A stretch of 64,000 nucleotides of DNA from an uncultured SAR86 cluster bacterium (GTDB lineage Bacteria > Pseudomonadota > Gammaproteobacteria > Magnimaribacterales > D2472): assembly GCA_902557645.1 (NCBI GenBank), contig CACEAP010000004.1, positions 80,649 to 144,648 on the forward strand, read 5' to 3'. How positions within the stretch are numbered: position 1 is the first letter of the stretch; each line of letters starts with the position of its first letter. The translations under genes and the position numbers were made by a program. Below are positions 37,805 to 48,306 of this stretch, in pieces. The notes below the pieces were generated by a model that saw only the letters and a program-made list of their open reading frames with translations, was not told where the DNA came from and searched no databases.

Positions 37805-38965
37805 ATCATAAATAAACGCGAATCATTTCTACCTAAAACTCAACCAATTAAAGAATACTCTGATAGCTCAAGTGAGTCTCTCCAAAGACTTCAAGAGATT
37901 GCAAATAGTCTACCTAAATTACTTTTAACTAGTAATGTACAAAATACAATTAATAAACTCTCAACTGATGATTTATCTGTAAATGAGCTATTCATTGAGG
38001 GTAGGAATAAGAATATTAGATTGGCTATGGTGCATCTTAGTTTTATTTCCCATGCTTATATTTGGGGCGGTCTTAAGCCTGAAAAGTTATTGCCTGAGGT
38101 TCTTGCAGGACCATGGGTAAAAGTAGCGAAAGCCTTAGGTAGACCACCTATACTAAGCTATGCAAGTTATTGCCTGGATAACTGGTTTAAAATCAATAAA
38201 GAAGAAAATATTTCACTAGATAACGTCGCATTAATTACAAACTTTTTAGGTGGAGTTGATGAAGATTGGTTTGTAACTATTCATGTATGTATTGAAGATG
38301 CAGCATCAGAGGCTATTATTGCTGCACAAGAAATAGCTGAGATGACAAAAGAAAATTCAGAAGATGAAATATTACAAAAATTAAAATTAATATCAAAATC
38401 ACTTAATAAAGTTAATAAGATTTTTTCACGAATGCCTGAGAAATGTGATCCTTATATTTACTATCATAGAGTGAGGCCATTTATATTTGGAACAAAAGAT
38501 AATCCTGATCTAAAAAATGGATTGATATACAAGGGTGAATTTAAAGATAAACCGCAATTTTATCGAGGTGAGACTGGAGCTCAAAGCAGTATTATGCCTT
38601 TCCTTGATGGCGCCTTAGGTATTTATCATACTAAAGATAGCTTAAGACATTATTTAAATGAGATGAGAGAATATATGCCTCCTGAACATAGAGCTAGAAT
38701 AGATAAGGTTGAAGAAATTTCTCAAGCAAAATCTTTAATAAATGAATCGCAAAACCTTACAGATGAATATAATTTATGTTTAGAGGAAATTAGGGCATTT
38801 AGAGCTTTACATTTAGAATTTGCTGGCACTTATATTCATAAACAATCGCAGATTAAAAATCCATTTGGTCGGGGTGGTTCTACAATAACAGGCACAGGTG
38901 GAACGCCTTTTATGAAGTACTTAAAGAAACATAGAGACGAGACTGAAAATCAAAAAATTAAATAA
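37805..38965 (+). CDS. indoleamine 2,3-dioxygenase (IDO) family protein; start codon non-canonical or decayed
   Basis: GTGGTPFMKYLKKHRDET, GAQSSIMPFLDGALG, MREYMPPEHR and AYIWGG are colinear with eukaryotic IDO1. Homology continues upstream of the first canonical start (TTG at 38021), through IANSLPKLLL…. That frame is open back to the stop at 37790 and contains no ATG, GTG or TTG. Confidence 0.8.
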   Translation: MINKRESFLPKTQPIKEYSDSSSESLQRLQEIANSLPKLLLTSNVQNTINKLSTDDLSVNELFIEGRNKNIRLAMVHLSFISHAYIWGGLKPEKLLPEVLAGPWVKVAKALGRPPILSYASYCLDNWFKINKEENISLDNVALITNFLGGVDEDWFVTIHVCIEDAASEAIIAAQEIAEMTKENSEDEILQKLKLISKSLNKVNKIFSRMPEKCDPYIYYHRVRPFIFGTKDNPDLKNGLIYKGEFKDKPQFYRGETGAQSSIMPFLDGALGIYHTKDSLRHYLNEMREYMPPEHRARIDKVEEISQAKSLINESQNLTDEYNLCLEEIRAFRALHLEFAGTYIHKQSQIKNPFGRGGSTITGTGGTPFMKYLKKHRDETENQKIK

Positions 38966-38972
38966 GTTTTAA

Positions 38973-39167
38973 TTAACTATGTGGTGGTAGCTTAGCTTCA
39001 ACAAACCATTCATGTACCCTTTTAACCGGATTAAATTTTTTCATTCTCATTTTTTTATTTTCAAGAATAAAGTTTCTAGTTTTAATCGCTGTATAGTGAT
39101 ATGTATGATGATCTCTAGTTTCACCTTCAGGGATTAAGTACACTTTTGTTTGTTTCTTGTCAGCCAT
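38973..39167 (-). CDS. rpmG: divergent ribosomal protein L33 (bL33)-like protein
   Basis: From MADKK…: YHYTAIKTRN…KMRMKKFNPVKRVHEWFVEAKL parallels L33's Y.TTKNKR…[22 protein letters not shown]. It has no Cys zinc knuckle, a 3-residue insertion and a PPHS tail. Confidence 0.55.
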   Translation of the reverse strand: MADKKQTKVYLIPEGETRDHHTYHYTAIKTRNFILENKKMRMKKFNPVKRVHEWFVEAKLPPHS

Positions 39168-39226
39168 AATTAGACGCAATTATACACAAATTAATCATAA
39201 ATAATATTGAAAATATTTATTTAAAT

Positions 39227-40150
39227 TTAATTAACTTTATTTAGTAATTTAAAATAATTTAAGTTTCCATAAAGGCAAGTTAATTCTCTAGTAATTACGC
39301 CTATTCTTATTTTACTTAGAAGTTCTTTATGAATATCAGATTTGTTTTTAAGAAAATGATCTTTAAATGATTCCTTATCTATTAGGGGTAATAAGGTTCT
39401 ACTTAAACCTCCTGCTAAAAAAATACCGTTACCCGGAACATAGGCAAGCGCAGCATCTGATAAAACATTTGCTAAGCTCTTTATAAAGCCATTAATTATA
39501 TTTGAAGCTAAATCTTCATTTTGATTAAATCTTTTTATAACCTCTTCTGCTGAAATGCTTTCACCAGAAATAGATTCATATAACTTAGATATTCCTGATC
39601 CAGATACTATATCTTCGAGGGTTTTATAGTGATCATTATCATTATTGATAGCAAAATTCTTCAATAAACTTGAGGTCCAGTTAGTGGTATTTCCTAATTC
39701 AGTAGCAATGACTGAATCTCTGCTTGTAAAAGCTGCACCTAAACCGGTTCCAGGACCTAAGACTAATGAATTAGAATTTATTTGAACCCCCAATTTAAGA
39801 TATTCAATTTTATCCTCAGGTGTTCCTTTTAAACTATACCCAATAGATTCCCAGTCATTCAGTAAGTGACACTGATCAAGTTTAAATTTTTCGAGTAAAT
39901 TATCAGCGTTGGCAACAAAAGATCTATTAGTCATTGAAATAGTATTGCCTATTTTAGGGCCAGCAATTGAAAAAACTGCATTAGTAATACTGAGATCAGA
40001 ATTATCAATTAAATCACCTATTATAGTGTCAAAATTATCTAGATTTTTAAGAGAAATTTTTTCTGATTTATGAATTTCATTGGCTCCGCTTTCACAATAT
40101 GCATAGCGCATATTGGTTCCTCCAACATCTACTAATAAAAGATCGCTCAC
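39227..40150 (-). CDS. glk: glucokinase
   Basis: The N-terminal LLVDVGGTNMRYA matches Glk's GDVGGTNARLA. It is 307 aa, and its ATG overlaps the GH3 stop (ATGA-type 4-nt overlap). Confidence 0.8.
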   Translation of the reverse strand: MSDLLLVDVGGTNMRYAYCESGANEIHKSEKISLKNLDNFDTIIGDLIDNSDLSITNAVFSIAGPKIGNTISMTNRSFVANADNLLEKFKLDQCHLLNDWESIGYSLKGTPEDKIEYLKLGVQINSNSLVLGPGTGLGAAFTSRDSVIATELGNTTNWTSSLLKNFAINNDNDHYKTLEDIVSGSGISKLYESISGESISAEEVIKRFNQNEDLASNIINGFIKSLANVLSDAALAYVPGNGIFLAGGLSRTLLPLIDKESFKDHFLKNKSDIHKELLSKIRIGVITRELTCLYGNLNYFKLLNKVN

Positions 40151-42633
40151 TGTGAAATACCGCTAGATAAGTTTGAACAATTAGGCAGATTATTAGAATT
40201 TGTAGCTAAAATCTTGATTGAGTGTAAATCAATATCCCAATTATCATTGCTGAGTAGAATTGCTCTGATATCCATATTAGAAGAATCAAGGCCTGCAGAT
40301 TGAAGACATGAAACAGGTATCTTTACTGAAGCCCATTGAGCAAGTTTTTTATTTTTAAAAACTTCAGTTACATCAATCATACCTCTACATATTTCGTATC
40401 CATTTCCAGCACACGTTGCTCCAAAGTAAATAGGTGAGCTCCCTATTCTATTTATCTTTAATTCGATCTCATAACTCGGAGCTTTCATATCTTGAATATC
40501 TAAAAAAGAGTCAGCTAAGATACCCCATGCATTGTAATCATTGGATTTAAAAAATTTTAAATTCTTTGCATCATCTTGTTTTTTATAATCAAACTTAAAC
40601 ATTGAAATATTTTGTGATTTGCTTGTAAAGATATCAGACTGAACCTGCTCCACGCTTGAGCCTTCTTGAACAAATTCAAAGCCTGGTGGATAAGCGCTGC
40701 CAACAAATAAGATGATTTCGTTTAATTCTTTTTCTATTTTAATCTCTTCAACATCTACAAGCTCTTTAGTGGATGAATAATTTAAACCATACCCATAAGG
40801 AAATAGTGGATCGTATCTAGCATCTTTAAAATTTACATTTTGTACAGCAGTTTTTGGCCATGAGTATGGGAGTTTTCCAGTAAAGTCATAATCTATTGAT
40901 CCATTGTTTGTAAAAATTACATCACTAATACCCTCTACAGCTGATCCTGGTAGCCAAGCAGCAATAAAAGAATCTGATAAATTTAATTCTCTATTAATCT
41001 CCATTGGTCTTCCAGAGAGAAATATAGAAATGATTGGGAAATTTGCTGCATTAAATTGTTGCATCAATCTAATATAATTTGCATCCTTTGAAATAAATTC
41101 AAGATCTTTTCTATCACCATCACCTTCAGCATATGGCTCTTCACCGAAAATAAAAATAACAGAATCAGGTTTCTTTTTATAAGACCCATCTTTAGAAAAT
41201 TCAATAGAGCCGCCTTGATTATTAATATGTCCTGCTAAAGCTGAATATATGTTTTGTACATTTTTATAATCAGAGTTTTTATTATCACGAGCTTGCCATG
41301 TTATGGTCCAACCGCCCATTTGACTGTTGATTGATAGTGCGGCATCTCCTACAACAAGATAATGTTTGCTAGGGTTTAAAGGCAGTACGTTATTATTATT
41401 TTTTAGAAGGACAAGTGATTCTCTTACAGCCCTTCTTGCAATTGCAAAGTGATTTTGATCACCAATATAGTTTGATTTAAATTCATGGGGTTTTTTCCCA
41501 TCTAGGAGACCTATTTGCATCTTAACTCTTAATATTCGTCTTACCGCATCATCTAATCTTTCAAGGGTTATAGTTCCATTCTTAACTTGTTTTAAAGTAG
41601 TTTTATATAATTCTTGCCACTCATCTGGAACCATAAAAATATCAACACCCGCATTAAAAGATTGAGGACAGCTTGTATTTGAGCAGCCTCTTACCTGTCC
41701 ATGACCATTCCAATCACCAACTACAAAACCTTCAAAATTCATTTGATTTTTAAGAACTTCGGTTAATAAATATTTATTACCATGGAGTTTGTCTCCATTC
41801 CATGAATTGAAACTAGCCATAATTGTCTGAACGCAAGCATCTAGAGCTTTAAAATAAGGCTCTCCATGTAAATTTTTTAAACCTATTTCACTTATTGCTG
41901 CATCGCCTTGATCTATACCATTGGAAGTTCCACCATCTGCTATAAAATGCTTTGCAGTTGAAAGCATGTGATTTAATCCTAAAAAACTATCGCCCTCGCC
42001 CTGGATACCAAGAATCATAGCTTGACCTAATGATGCAACTAATTCAGGATCCTCAGAATAGCCCTCATATGTTCTTCCCCAAGTATCATTTTGTGGAACA
42101 GTAATAGTTGGTGCAAAAGTCCAAGGTATTCCAGTTGAAAGCACTTCTTTTGCAACTGCTTGCCCTATCTCTTTAATTAAATCAGGATTTCGTGTTGCAC
42201 CTAAACCAATATTATGAGGAAAAATAGTAGCACCTATAACATTATTATGACCATGCACTGCATCGGTTCCCCATAAAATAGGAACAATACTCCCATTAAT
42301 AATGGGCGAAGCATCATAATATGCTTTGCTAAGATTTTTCCAATCTTCGATTGAACTAAATTTATTTTTATTGGGATATCGTCCACCCCCATTTAATATA
42401 GAGCCAAGCTTAAATTTTTTTGCTAATTCAGGAGTAACTGCATCGATATCTGGCATGATAACTTGACCAACCTTCTCTCTTAAGGTCATCTTGCTAAGAA
42501 TTGATTCAACTCTCTCCATATCTGGAGAGGGACAAGTTGCGTTATGTGACCAATCTATATTTGCTGATAGATGAATAGATGAAACTAGAAAAAATGAAAA
42601 TATAACTTTTTTCATAAAGAGGTTATTTACCAA
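40147..42633 (-). CDS. periplasmic GH3 beta-glucosidase / exo-beta-1,3(4)-glucanase (ExoP-like, with extra C-terminal domain)
   Basis: Signal peptide, KHFIADGG, the nucleophile context GFVVGDWNGH, a C-terminal GH3 domain, and about 200 extra residues. Confidence 0.85.
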   Translation of the reverse strand: MVNNLFMKKVIFSFFLVSSIHLSANIDWSHNATCPSPDMERVESILSKMTLREKVGQVIMPDIDAVTPELAKKFKLGSILNGGGRYPNKNKFSSIEDWKNLSKAYYDASPIINGSIVPILWGTDAVHGHNNVIGATIFPHNIGLGATRNPDLIKEIGQAVAKEVLSTGIPWTFAPTITVPQNDTWGRTYEGYSEDPELVASLGQAMILGIQGEGDSFLGLNHMLSTAKHFIADGGTSNGIDQGDAAISEIGLKNLHGEPYFKALDACVQTIMASFNSWNGDKLHGNKYLLTEVLKNQMNFEGFVVGDWNGHGQVRGCSNTSCPQSFNAGVDIFMVPDEWQELYKTTLKQVKNGTITLERLDDAVRRILRVKMQIGLLDGKKPHEFKSNYIGDQNHFAIARRAVRESLVLLKNNNNVLPLNPSKHYLVVGDAALSINSQMGGWTITWQARDNKNSDYKNVQNIYSALAGHINNQGGSIEFSKDGSYKKKPDSVIFIFGEEPYAEGDGDRKDLEFISKDANYIRLMQQFNAANFPIISIFLSGRPMEINRELNLSDSFIAAWLPGSAVEGISDVIFTNNGSIDYDFTGKLPYSWPKTAVQNVNFKDARYDPLFPYGYGLNYSSTKELVDVEEIKIEKELNEIILFVGSAYPPGFEFVQEGSSVEQVQSDIFTSKSQNISMFKFDYKKQDDAKNLKFFKSNDYNAWGILADSFLDIQDMKAPSYEIELKINRIGSSPIYFGATCAGNGYEICRGMIDVTEVFKNKKLAQWASVKIPVSCLQSAGLDSSNMDIRAILLSNDNWDIDLHSIKILATNSNNLPNCSNLSSGISQ

Positions 42634-44189
42634 AGATAGCCGTAAATTATAGCCAGCATTCCAATAATAATAACGGTACTGTAATTAAAACCTTTAGAAG
42701 TTTTAAAATTTATTCCATTTAAATCTATAGCTTTCTCTTGATCCACATATCCTTGCAGTAAAGCTGTTAGATAGCACAAAAGGCCTGAAACAAGAAATAC
42801 TACTCCCATTCTATGAATGAATGGGTAGTCTGGAAAAGCGTACCAAATAAAAATAGATAAAGTTAATGAAGTTGCTGCGGCAATTAAAACTGACATAGTT
42901 GTTGCTTTTTTCCAAAACAAAGCAACTAAAAATATTACAAGTATTCCAGGTGTAAAGAAACCAGTAAACTCTTGTATGTACTGGAATGCTGATTCTAAGC
43001 TACCAAGGAGTGGTTGAGCACAAAATACCGCAATTGTTAATGATATAAATGCAACATTTCTCCCTATATTAATTAGTTTTCTTTGAGAGGCTTCAGTTTT
43101 TGCAAAACTTCTATAAATGTCCATAGTAAAAATAGTACTTATACTATTTGTCATTGAAGCTAAAGATGAAACGATAGCAGCAATTAGGGCTGCAAATGTA
43201 AGCCCCAGTAATCCGTGAGGTAATAAAGCCATCATGGTTGGGTAAGCTTGGTCAGATTTTTCTAAAGTTGGATAAAGAACGGCTGCACATATTCCTGGCA
43301 AAACAATTACAAGCGGCATTAATAATTTTAAATAGGCTGCAAACATTACGCCTTTTTGAGCCTCTGGTAAAGATTTAGCTCCTAATGCTCTTTGAGTAAT
43401 GTATTGATTAAACCCCCAATATGCAAAATGAGCTATCCAGAGACCGCCTATTAAGACCCATACACCAGGTAAATTATTGTATGCTGGATTTTCAGGTGAA
43501 AGGATCATATCAAATTTATCTGGAACTTCATTAATTAATACTGTTAATCCTGCTAAGAGTTCGCCATCACCAATAGTTGTTAATGCTATATATGAAACTG
43601 ATAAACCGCCGAATATTAATAAAACTACTTGAATTATGTCGGTCAAGGCAACTGCCTTTAGGCCGCCCCATAAAGAATAAGCTAAAGATAGACCAGCTAA
43701 TAAAACCAAACCGTGAAATAAGTCTATGCCTGTTAGAGCATTTATGGCTAAAGATCCAAGCCACAAAACTGATGTTAAATTAATAAAAATATATACAGCT
43801 AGCCAAAAAAAAGATAAAACTAAACTCACTCTTTTATCAAACCTTTGCTCAAGAAATTGAGGCATGGTGTATATTTTCTTTTCTAAGAAAAGAGGGAGAA
43901 AAAACTTTGCCATTACAATTAATGCTATAGCAGCAGTTAGCTCATAAGTTGCTATTGCCATACCAACAACAAAACCCTGACCTGACATACCTATTATTTG
44001 TTCTGCTGAAATATTAGCAGCAATTAATGAAGCTCCAATTGCCCACCATGGTAGTGATCTACCAGCCAAGAAATAATCTTCAGCGCTTCTTTCATGACCT
44101 GATGATTGTCTTGATACATAGGTAGCAAGACCAATAATACCAATGCAATAAATTGCAACTATAGTTAAATCTAGTGAATTAAATAACAT
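42627..44189 (-). CDS. sodium:solute symporter (SSF, SGLT-like sugar transporter)
   Basis: 520 aa with about 13-14 TMs. The N-terminal …YFLAGRSLPWWAIGASLIAANISAEQIIGMSG… is typical of SSF. It overlaps the GH3 gene by 7 nt. Confidence 0.85.
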   Translation of the reverse strand: MLFNSLDLTIVAIYCIGIIGLATYVSRQSSGHERSAEDYFLAGRSLPWWAIGASLIAANISAEQIIGMSGQGFVVGMAIATYELTAAIALIVMAKFFLPLFLEKKIYTMPQFLEQRFDKRVSLVLSFFWLAVYIFINLTSVLWLGSLAINALTGIDLFHGLVLLAGLSLAYSLWGGLKAVALTDIIQVVLLIFGGLSVSYIALTTIGDGELLAGLTVLINEVPDKFDMILSPENPAYNNLPGVWVLIGGLWIAHFAYWGFNQYITQRALGAKSLPEAQKGVMFAAYLKLLMPLVIVLPGICAAVLYPTLEKSDQAYPTMMALLPHGLLGLTFAALIAAIVSSLASMTNSISTIFTMDIYRSFAKTEASQRKLINIGRNVAFISLTIAVFCAQPLLGSLESAFQYIQEFTGFFTPGILVIFLVALFWKKATTMSVLIAAATSLTLSIFIWYAFPDYPFIHRMGVVFLVSGLLCYLTALLQGYVDQEKAIDLNGINFKTSKGFNYSTVIIIGMLAIIYGYLW

Positions 44190-44268
44190 TTATAACTTCC
44201 CCGTAATAGAAAACTCAGCCATTGTATCAAAAAATAGATAACTTAAGGATTTGAAAACTAAAGTAATT

Positions 44269-45681
44269 TTAGAAATTAATTACCTGAATTGCCTCAGAAT
44301 GCTCTTCAGAAAATATACCTGAAATCATTACAAGTTTTAGCTCATCTTTTGTCTTGTAATAATCTTTTAATTTTTTAGAAATAGATTTTATTGCTCTATC
44401 ATGATTTGAGATATTTTTTAGAAAATATGCTTGAGTTGATCCAACCAGCGAGAGATGGTTTAAAGTTGATTTACTGTTTGTAAAACAAAATATTGGTATG
44501 TTAAATGGTTTAGCATTAGAAACAATATTTCCAGTATAACCAGTCCTAGTAACAACTATTATTCCATCTGCTTTAACTGATTGAGCTAATTGATTTGCTG
44601 CAACTCCTAAATGCTGCCAATCAGAGTCAGAAACAAGATTTTCTTCATAGCCAAGCGTTTTAAACTGTTCGGTTTTTAATGATATAGATTTTAAAAACTT
44701 GACGCATTCAATTGGATGTTTGCCTATACTAGTCTCTCCAGAAAGCATAATTGCATCGGCACCTTCGTATATAGCATTAGCAATATCAGTTACTTCAGCT
44801 CTTGTTGGAGTTGGGTTCTCAATCATAGATTCCAAAAGATGAGTTGCTACGATAGAACGTTTACCCCATTTTGCACATGCAAACATAATCTTCCTTTGAA
44901 TATTTGGTAAATCAGCTAAGCTAGTTTCTATACCTAAATCACCTCTAGCCACCATAACGCCATCAGATGCTTTGCAAATTTCATTAATATTATCTAAACC
45001 TTCTTGATTCTCAATTTTTGCAATGATTCTTGCAGTTGATGAACTGTCTTTGAGTATCTCTCTAAGTTTCATTAAATCCTCTTCACTTCTGACAAAAGAC
45101 AGAGCAATAAAATCAACATTATGCTTTATACCAAATTGAATATCTTTTAGGTCTTTAGAAGTTATAGAAGGAAGATTAACTCTTACGCCTGGCAGATTTA
45201 CATGCCTCTTACTCCCAATCTTGCCGCCATCAATAACTTTACATAATAATGTATCTTCATCTTTAGATAGAACACTAAAATTTATAAGTCCATTGTCTAC
45301 TGTTATTTTTGAACCTGGATTTACACTGCTTATTAAATCTTTGTAGTTAATTTTTATAGATGATGTTTCAACATCTACTTGGTCTCTAACAGTTAAGGTT
45401 ACTTCATCTCCTGTAACAAGATCCAATGGCATAGTAGTATCACCTGTTCTTATCTCAGGTCCTTGAGTATCAAGTAAAATTCCAATAGGAGTTGCATTTT
45501 TAGATAGCTCAGAATTAATCTTATTTATTCTACTAATAATTGCTTTAGCTTGTTTGTGATCGGCATGGGACATATTAATCCTGACGACATTCATACCTTC
45601 GTTATGTAGCTTTTTTAAAGTTTTTATATCTTGAGTTGCTGGACCAACTGTGCAAATTATTTTAGTTCTTGTAAATTCCAT
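44269..45681 (-). CDS. pyk: pyruvate kinase
   Basis: MEFTRTKIICTVGPA…, MVARGDLGIE, and a 470-aa length. Confidence 0.93.
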   Translation of the reverse strand: MEFTRTKIICTVGPATQDIKTLKKLHNEGMNVVRINMSHADHKQAKAIISRINKINSELSKNATPIGILLDTQGPEIRTGDTTMPLDLVTGDEVTLTVRDQVDVETSSIKINYKDLISSVNPGSKITVDNGLINFSVLSKDEDTLLCKVIDGGKIGSKRHVNLPGVRVNLPSITSKDLKDIQFGIKHNVDFIALSFVRSEEDLMKLREILKDSSSTARIIAKIENQEGLDNINEICKASDGVMVARGDLGIETSLADLPNIQRKIMFACAKWGKRSIVATHLLESMIENPTPTRAEVTDIANAIYEGADAIMLSGETSIGKHPIECVKFLKSISLKTEQFKTLGYEENLVSDSDWQHLGVAANQLAQSVKADGIIVVTRTGYTGNIVSNAKPFNIPIFCFTNSKSTLNHLSLVGSTQAYFLKNISNHDRAIKSISKKLKDYYKTKDELKLVMISGIFSEEHSEAIQVINF

Positions 45682-45702
45682 GGTTTTTATAAAATTAATT
45701 TA

Positions 45703-45987
45703 TTAAATGCCTTCAACCAAAACAACATGGCGAATTGCAGAATCTGCAACATGTTTAAGAGCAGATTGATAAGCTTCTGATTTATAACATTCTTCTGCTA
45801 TTTGAATATTATTAAATTCTACTAATACTGTTCTTTCATATATACCACCTTCAACCTCTTTTTGATTTCCACCTCTTACAAGAAACTTGCCCCCAAAACT
45901 TTCTATTATAGGTCCAGCCAGCGCAGCATATTTTGCATATTCATTGTTGTCTATAATATGACACCTTGCTACCCAATATCCCTTCAT
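45703..45987 (-). CDS. DUF1330-domain protein
   Basis: 94 aa: [12 protein letters not shown]…[24 protein letters not shown]… is the characteristic DUF1330 pattern. It overlaps the glcB stop by 4 nt. Confidence 0.75.
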   Translation of the reverse strand: MKGYWVARCHIIDNNEYAKYAALAGPIIESFGGKFLVRGGNQKEVEGGIYERTVLVEFNNIQIAEECYKSEAYQSALKHVADSAIRHVVLVEGI

Positions 45988-48218
45988 TTTTTATACTCTA
46001 AGCGTTTTGCGTGCAGAATAGGTTCTGTATAACCGCTGGGTTGAATCCTGCCTTTAATGGCAAGATCAAGGGCTGCTGTAAAAGCATACCCGTTATAATC
46101 TGGTGCCATATTTTGATAAGTATCATCATGTGAGTTTTGTTCATCAACAATAATTGCCATTTTTTTCATAGTTTCAATAACTTGCTCTTCAGAGCAGATT
46201 TTATGATGCAGCCAATTTGCGATATGCTGACTAGAAATCCTACAAGTAGCTCTATCCTCCATTAAACCAACATTATTAATATCTGGTACTTTTGAGCAGC
46301 CAACACCGCTATCAACCCATCTTACAACATAGCCAAGAATGCCTTGCGCATTATTATCTAGTTCATTTTGTATTTCCGGTGGAGTAAGAATTGCTGGATT
46401 CTCCATAACAGGTATTGATAATATATCATCAAGACTAGCTCCAGTTCTGGATTTTAAAGACTCTTGCTCATCGGCAACAAGAATTTGATGATAATGTATA
46501 ACATGAAGCGTGGCTGCTGTTGGTGAAGGGACCCAAGCACAATTTGCTCCTGATTTAGGATGCATTATTTTTGCTTTAAACATTTCTAGCATCTCATCAG
46601 GCATAGCCCACATACCTTTACCAATTTGTGCTTTACCTTTAAAACCAGTTTTTAGACCAGTATCCACATTCCAATCCTCATATGCTGCAATCCATGGTTG
46701 TTGCTTCATTTGATCTTTAGGAACCATAGGTCCGGCTTCCATGCTTGTATGTATTTCATCTCCGGTTCTATCTAAGAAACCGGTATTAATAAAAATCACT
46801 CTATCTTTAGCAATTCTTATACACTCTTTAAGATTAACAGTCGTTCTTCTCTCTTCATCCATGATCCCAACTTTTACACACAGCGGTTTCATTGAAAGTT
46901 CTTTTTCAACTGCAGCAAAAAGATCACAAGTAAATTTGACCTCTTTTGGGCCATGCATTTTAGGTTTAACTATATAGATACTGCCCTTTCTTGAATTAGA
47001 AATTCCATTATTTTTTTCTAAATCATGTTTTGCAATACATATGGTAAACATGGCATCGAGTATACCTTCAGGTATTTCATTACCATCTTTATCTAGTACA
47101 GCTGGATTAGTCATAAGATGGCCTACATTCCGAACAAGCATGAGACTTCTTCCAGGCAAACTTAATTCCTTTCCATCTTTTGAAGTGTAGGATTTATCAG
47201 GATTGAGGGAGCGTGTCATTTGAGAATTTCCCTTACTAAAAGTTTCTTGTAAGTCACCCTTCATAAGACCAAGCCAATTTCTATAAACAAGAACTTTATC
47301 TGATGCATCAACTGCCGCAACTGAATCTTCACAATCTTGTATGGTAGTAACAGCAGACTCTAAGACAATATCCTTAATCCCTGCTGGGTCATCTATACCT
47401 ATATTATGCTCCTTGTCTATTTGGATTTCTAAATGCAAGTTATTATTTTTCAATAAAATGCCGCTTGGATCATTACTTGATCCAGAGAAACCTAAGTACT
47501 GACTGGAGTTTTTTAATTCTGTCCTAGTGCCATTAGATAATTCAATTTGCAGGGATTCGCCCAAAATTAAAAAATTTGTTACATCTTCATATGCACCATT
47601 TCTAAGGGGGACAGTTTCATTAAGAAAATTTTTAGCAAAAGCAATAACTTTATTCCCTCTTACAGGATTATAGCCGCCTACTTTTTCAGCTCCATCATCT
47701 TCAGAAATAACATCTGTTCCATAAAGAGCATCATAAAGACTACCCCATCTGGCATTAGCTGCATTTAAAGCAAATCTTGCATTCATAACTGGTACTACTA
47801 GTTGCGGTCCAGCAATTGTTTTAATTTCTGGATCTACATCTGAGGTTTCAATAGAAAAATTATCGCCCTCTTCTAATAGATAGCCAATATCTTTAAGGAA
47901 TTCTTTATACTCTATCTTAGAATGCGGTTGGCCTTTTCTTTCAATATGCCAGTTATCTATTTTTTCTTGGAGATCCTCTCTAATGGCTAGTAATTCAGCA
48001 TTTTTTGGTCCAAAAGTATTTAAAATTGATTCTAAAGACTTCCAAAAAAGACTAGGTTGGATATTAATGCCTGGAGCTAACTCCTCATGCAAAAATCTAT
48101 CTAATGTTTTAGATACATATAAATTCCCATACTTTATCCTAGCTGAGTTATCTAATGGATTTGGAACCATTTCAGTTTCAGATTTCAGTAAAGATAAAAG
48201 TTTGCTAAAAATATTCAT
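45984..48218 (-). CDS. glcB: malate synthase G
   Basis: 744 aa, with [15 protein letters not shown] and colinear MSG-type blocks throughout. Confidence 0.92.
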   Translation of the reverse strand: MNIFSKLLSLLKSETEMVPNPLDNSARIKYGNLYVSKTLDRFLHEELAPGINIQPSLFWKSLESILNTFGPKNAELLAIREDLQEKIDNWHIERKGQPHSKIEYKEFLKDIGYLLEEGDNFSIETSDVDPEIKTIAGPQLVVPVMNARFALNAANARWGSLYDALYGTDVISEDDGAEKVGGYNPVRGNKVIAFAKNFLNETVPLRNGAYEDVTNFLILGESLQIELSNGTRTELKNSSQYLGFSGSSNDPSGILLKNNNLHLEIQIDKEHNIGIDDPAGIKDIVLESAVTTIQDCEDSVAAVDASDKVLVYRNWLGLMKGDLQETFSKGNSQMTRSLNPDKSYTSKDGKELSLPGRSLMLVRNVGHLMTNPAVLDKDGNEIPEGILDAMFTICIAKHDLEKNNGISNSRKGSIYIVKPKMHGPKEVKFTCDLFAAVEKELSMKPLCVKVGIMDEERRTTVNLKECIRIAKDRVIFINTGFLDRTGDEIHTSMEAGPMVPKDQMKQQPWIAAYEDWNVDTGLKTGFKGKAQIGKGMWAMPDEMLEMFKAKIMHPKSGANCAWVPSPTAATLHVIHYHQILVADEQESLKSRTGASLDDILSIPVMENPAILTPPEIQNELDNNAQGILGYVVRWVDSGVGCSKVPDINNVGLMEDRATCRISSQHIANWLHHKICSEEQVIETMKKMAIIVDEQNSHDDTYQNMAPDYNGYAFTAALDLAIKGRIQPSGYTEPILHAKRLEYKK

Positions 48219-48306
48219 GCTGTGATTATATACAAGGCATGAAGATACTAGAATCTATATTTAGAAATAAATATAGTTTTAAATTTTTTAAATCTATAAT
48301 ATTTAA

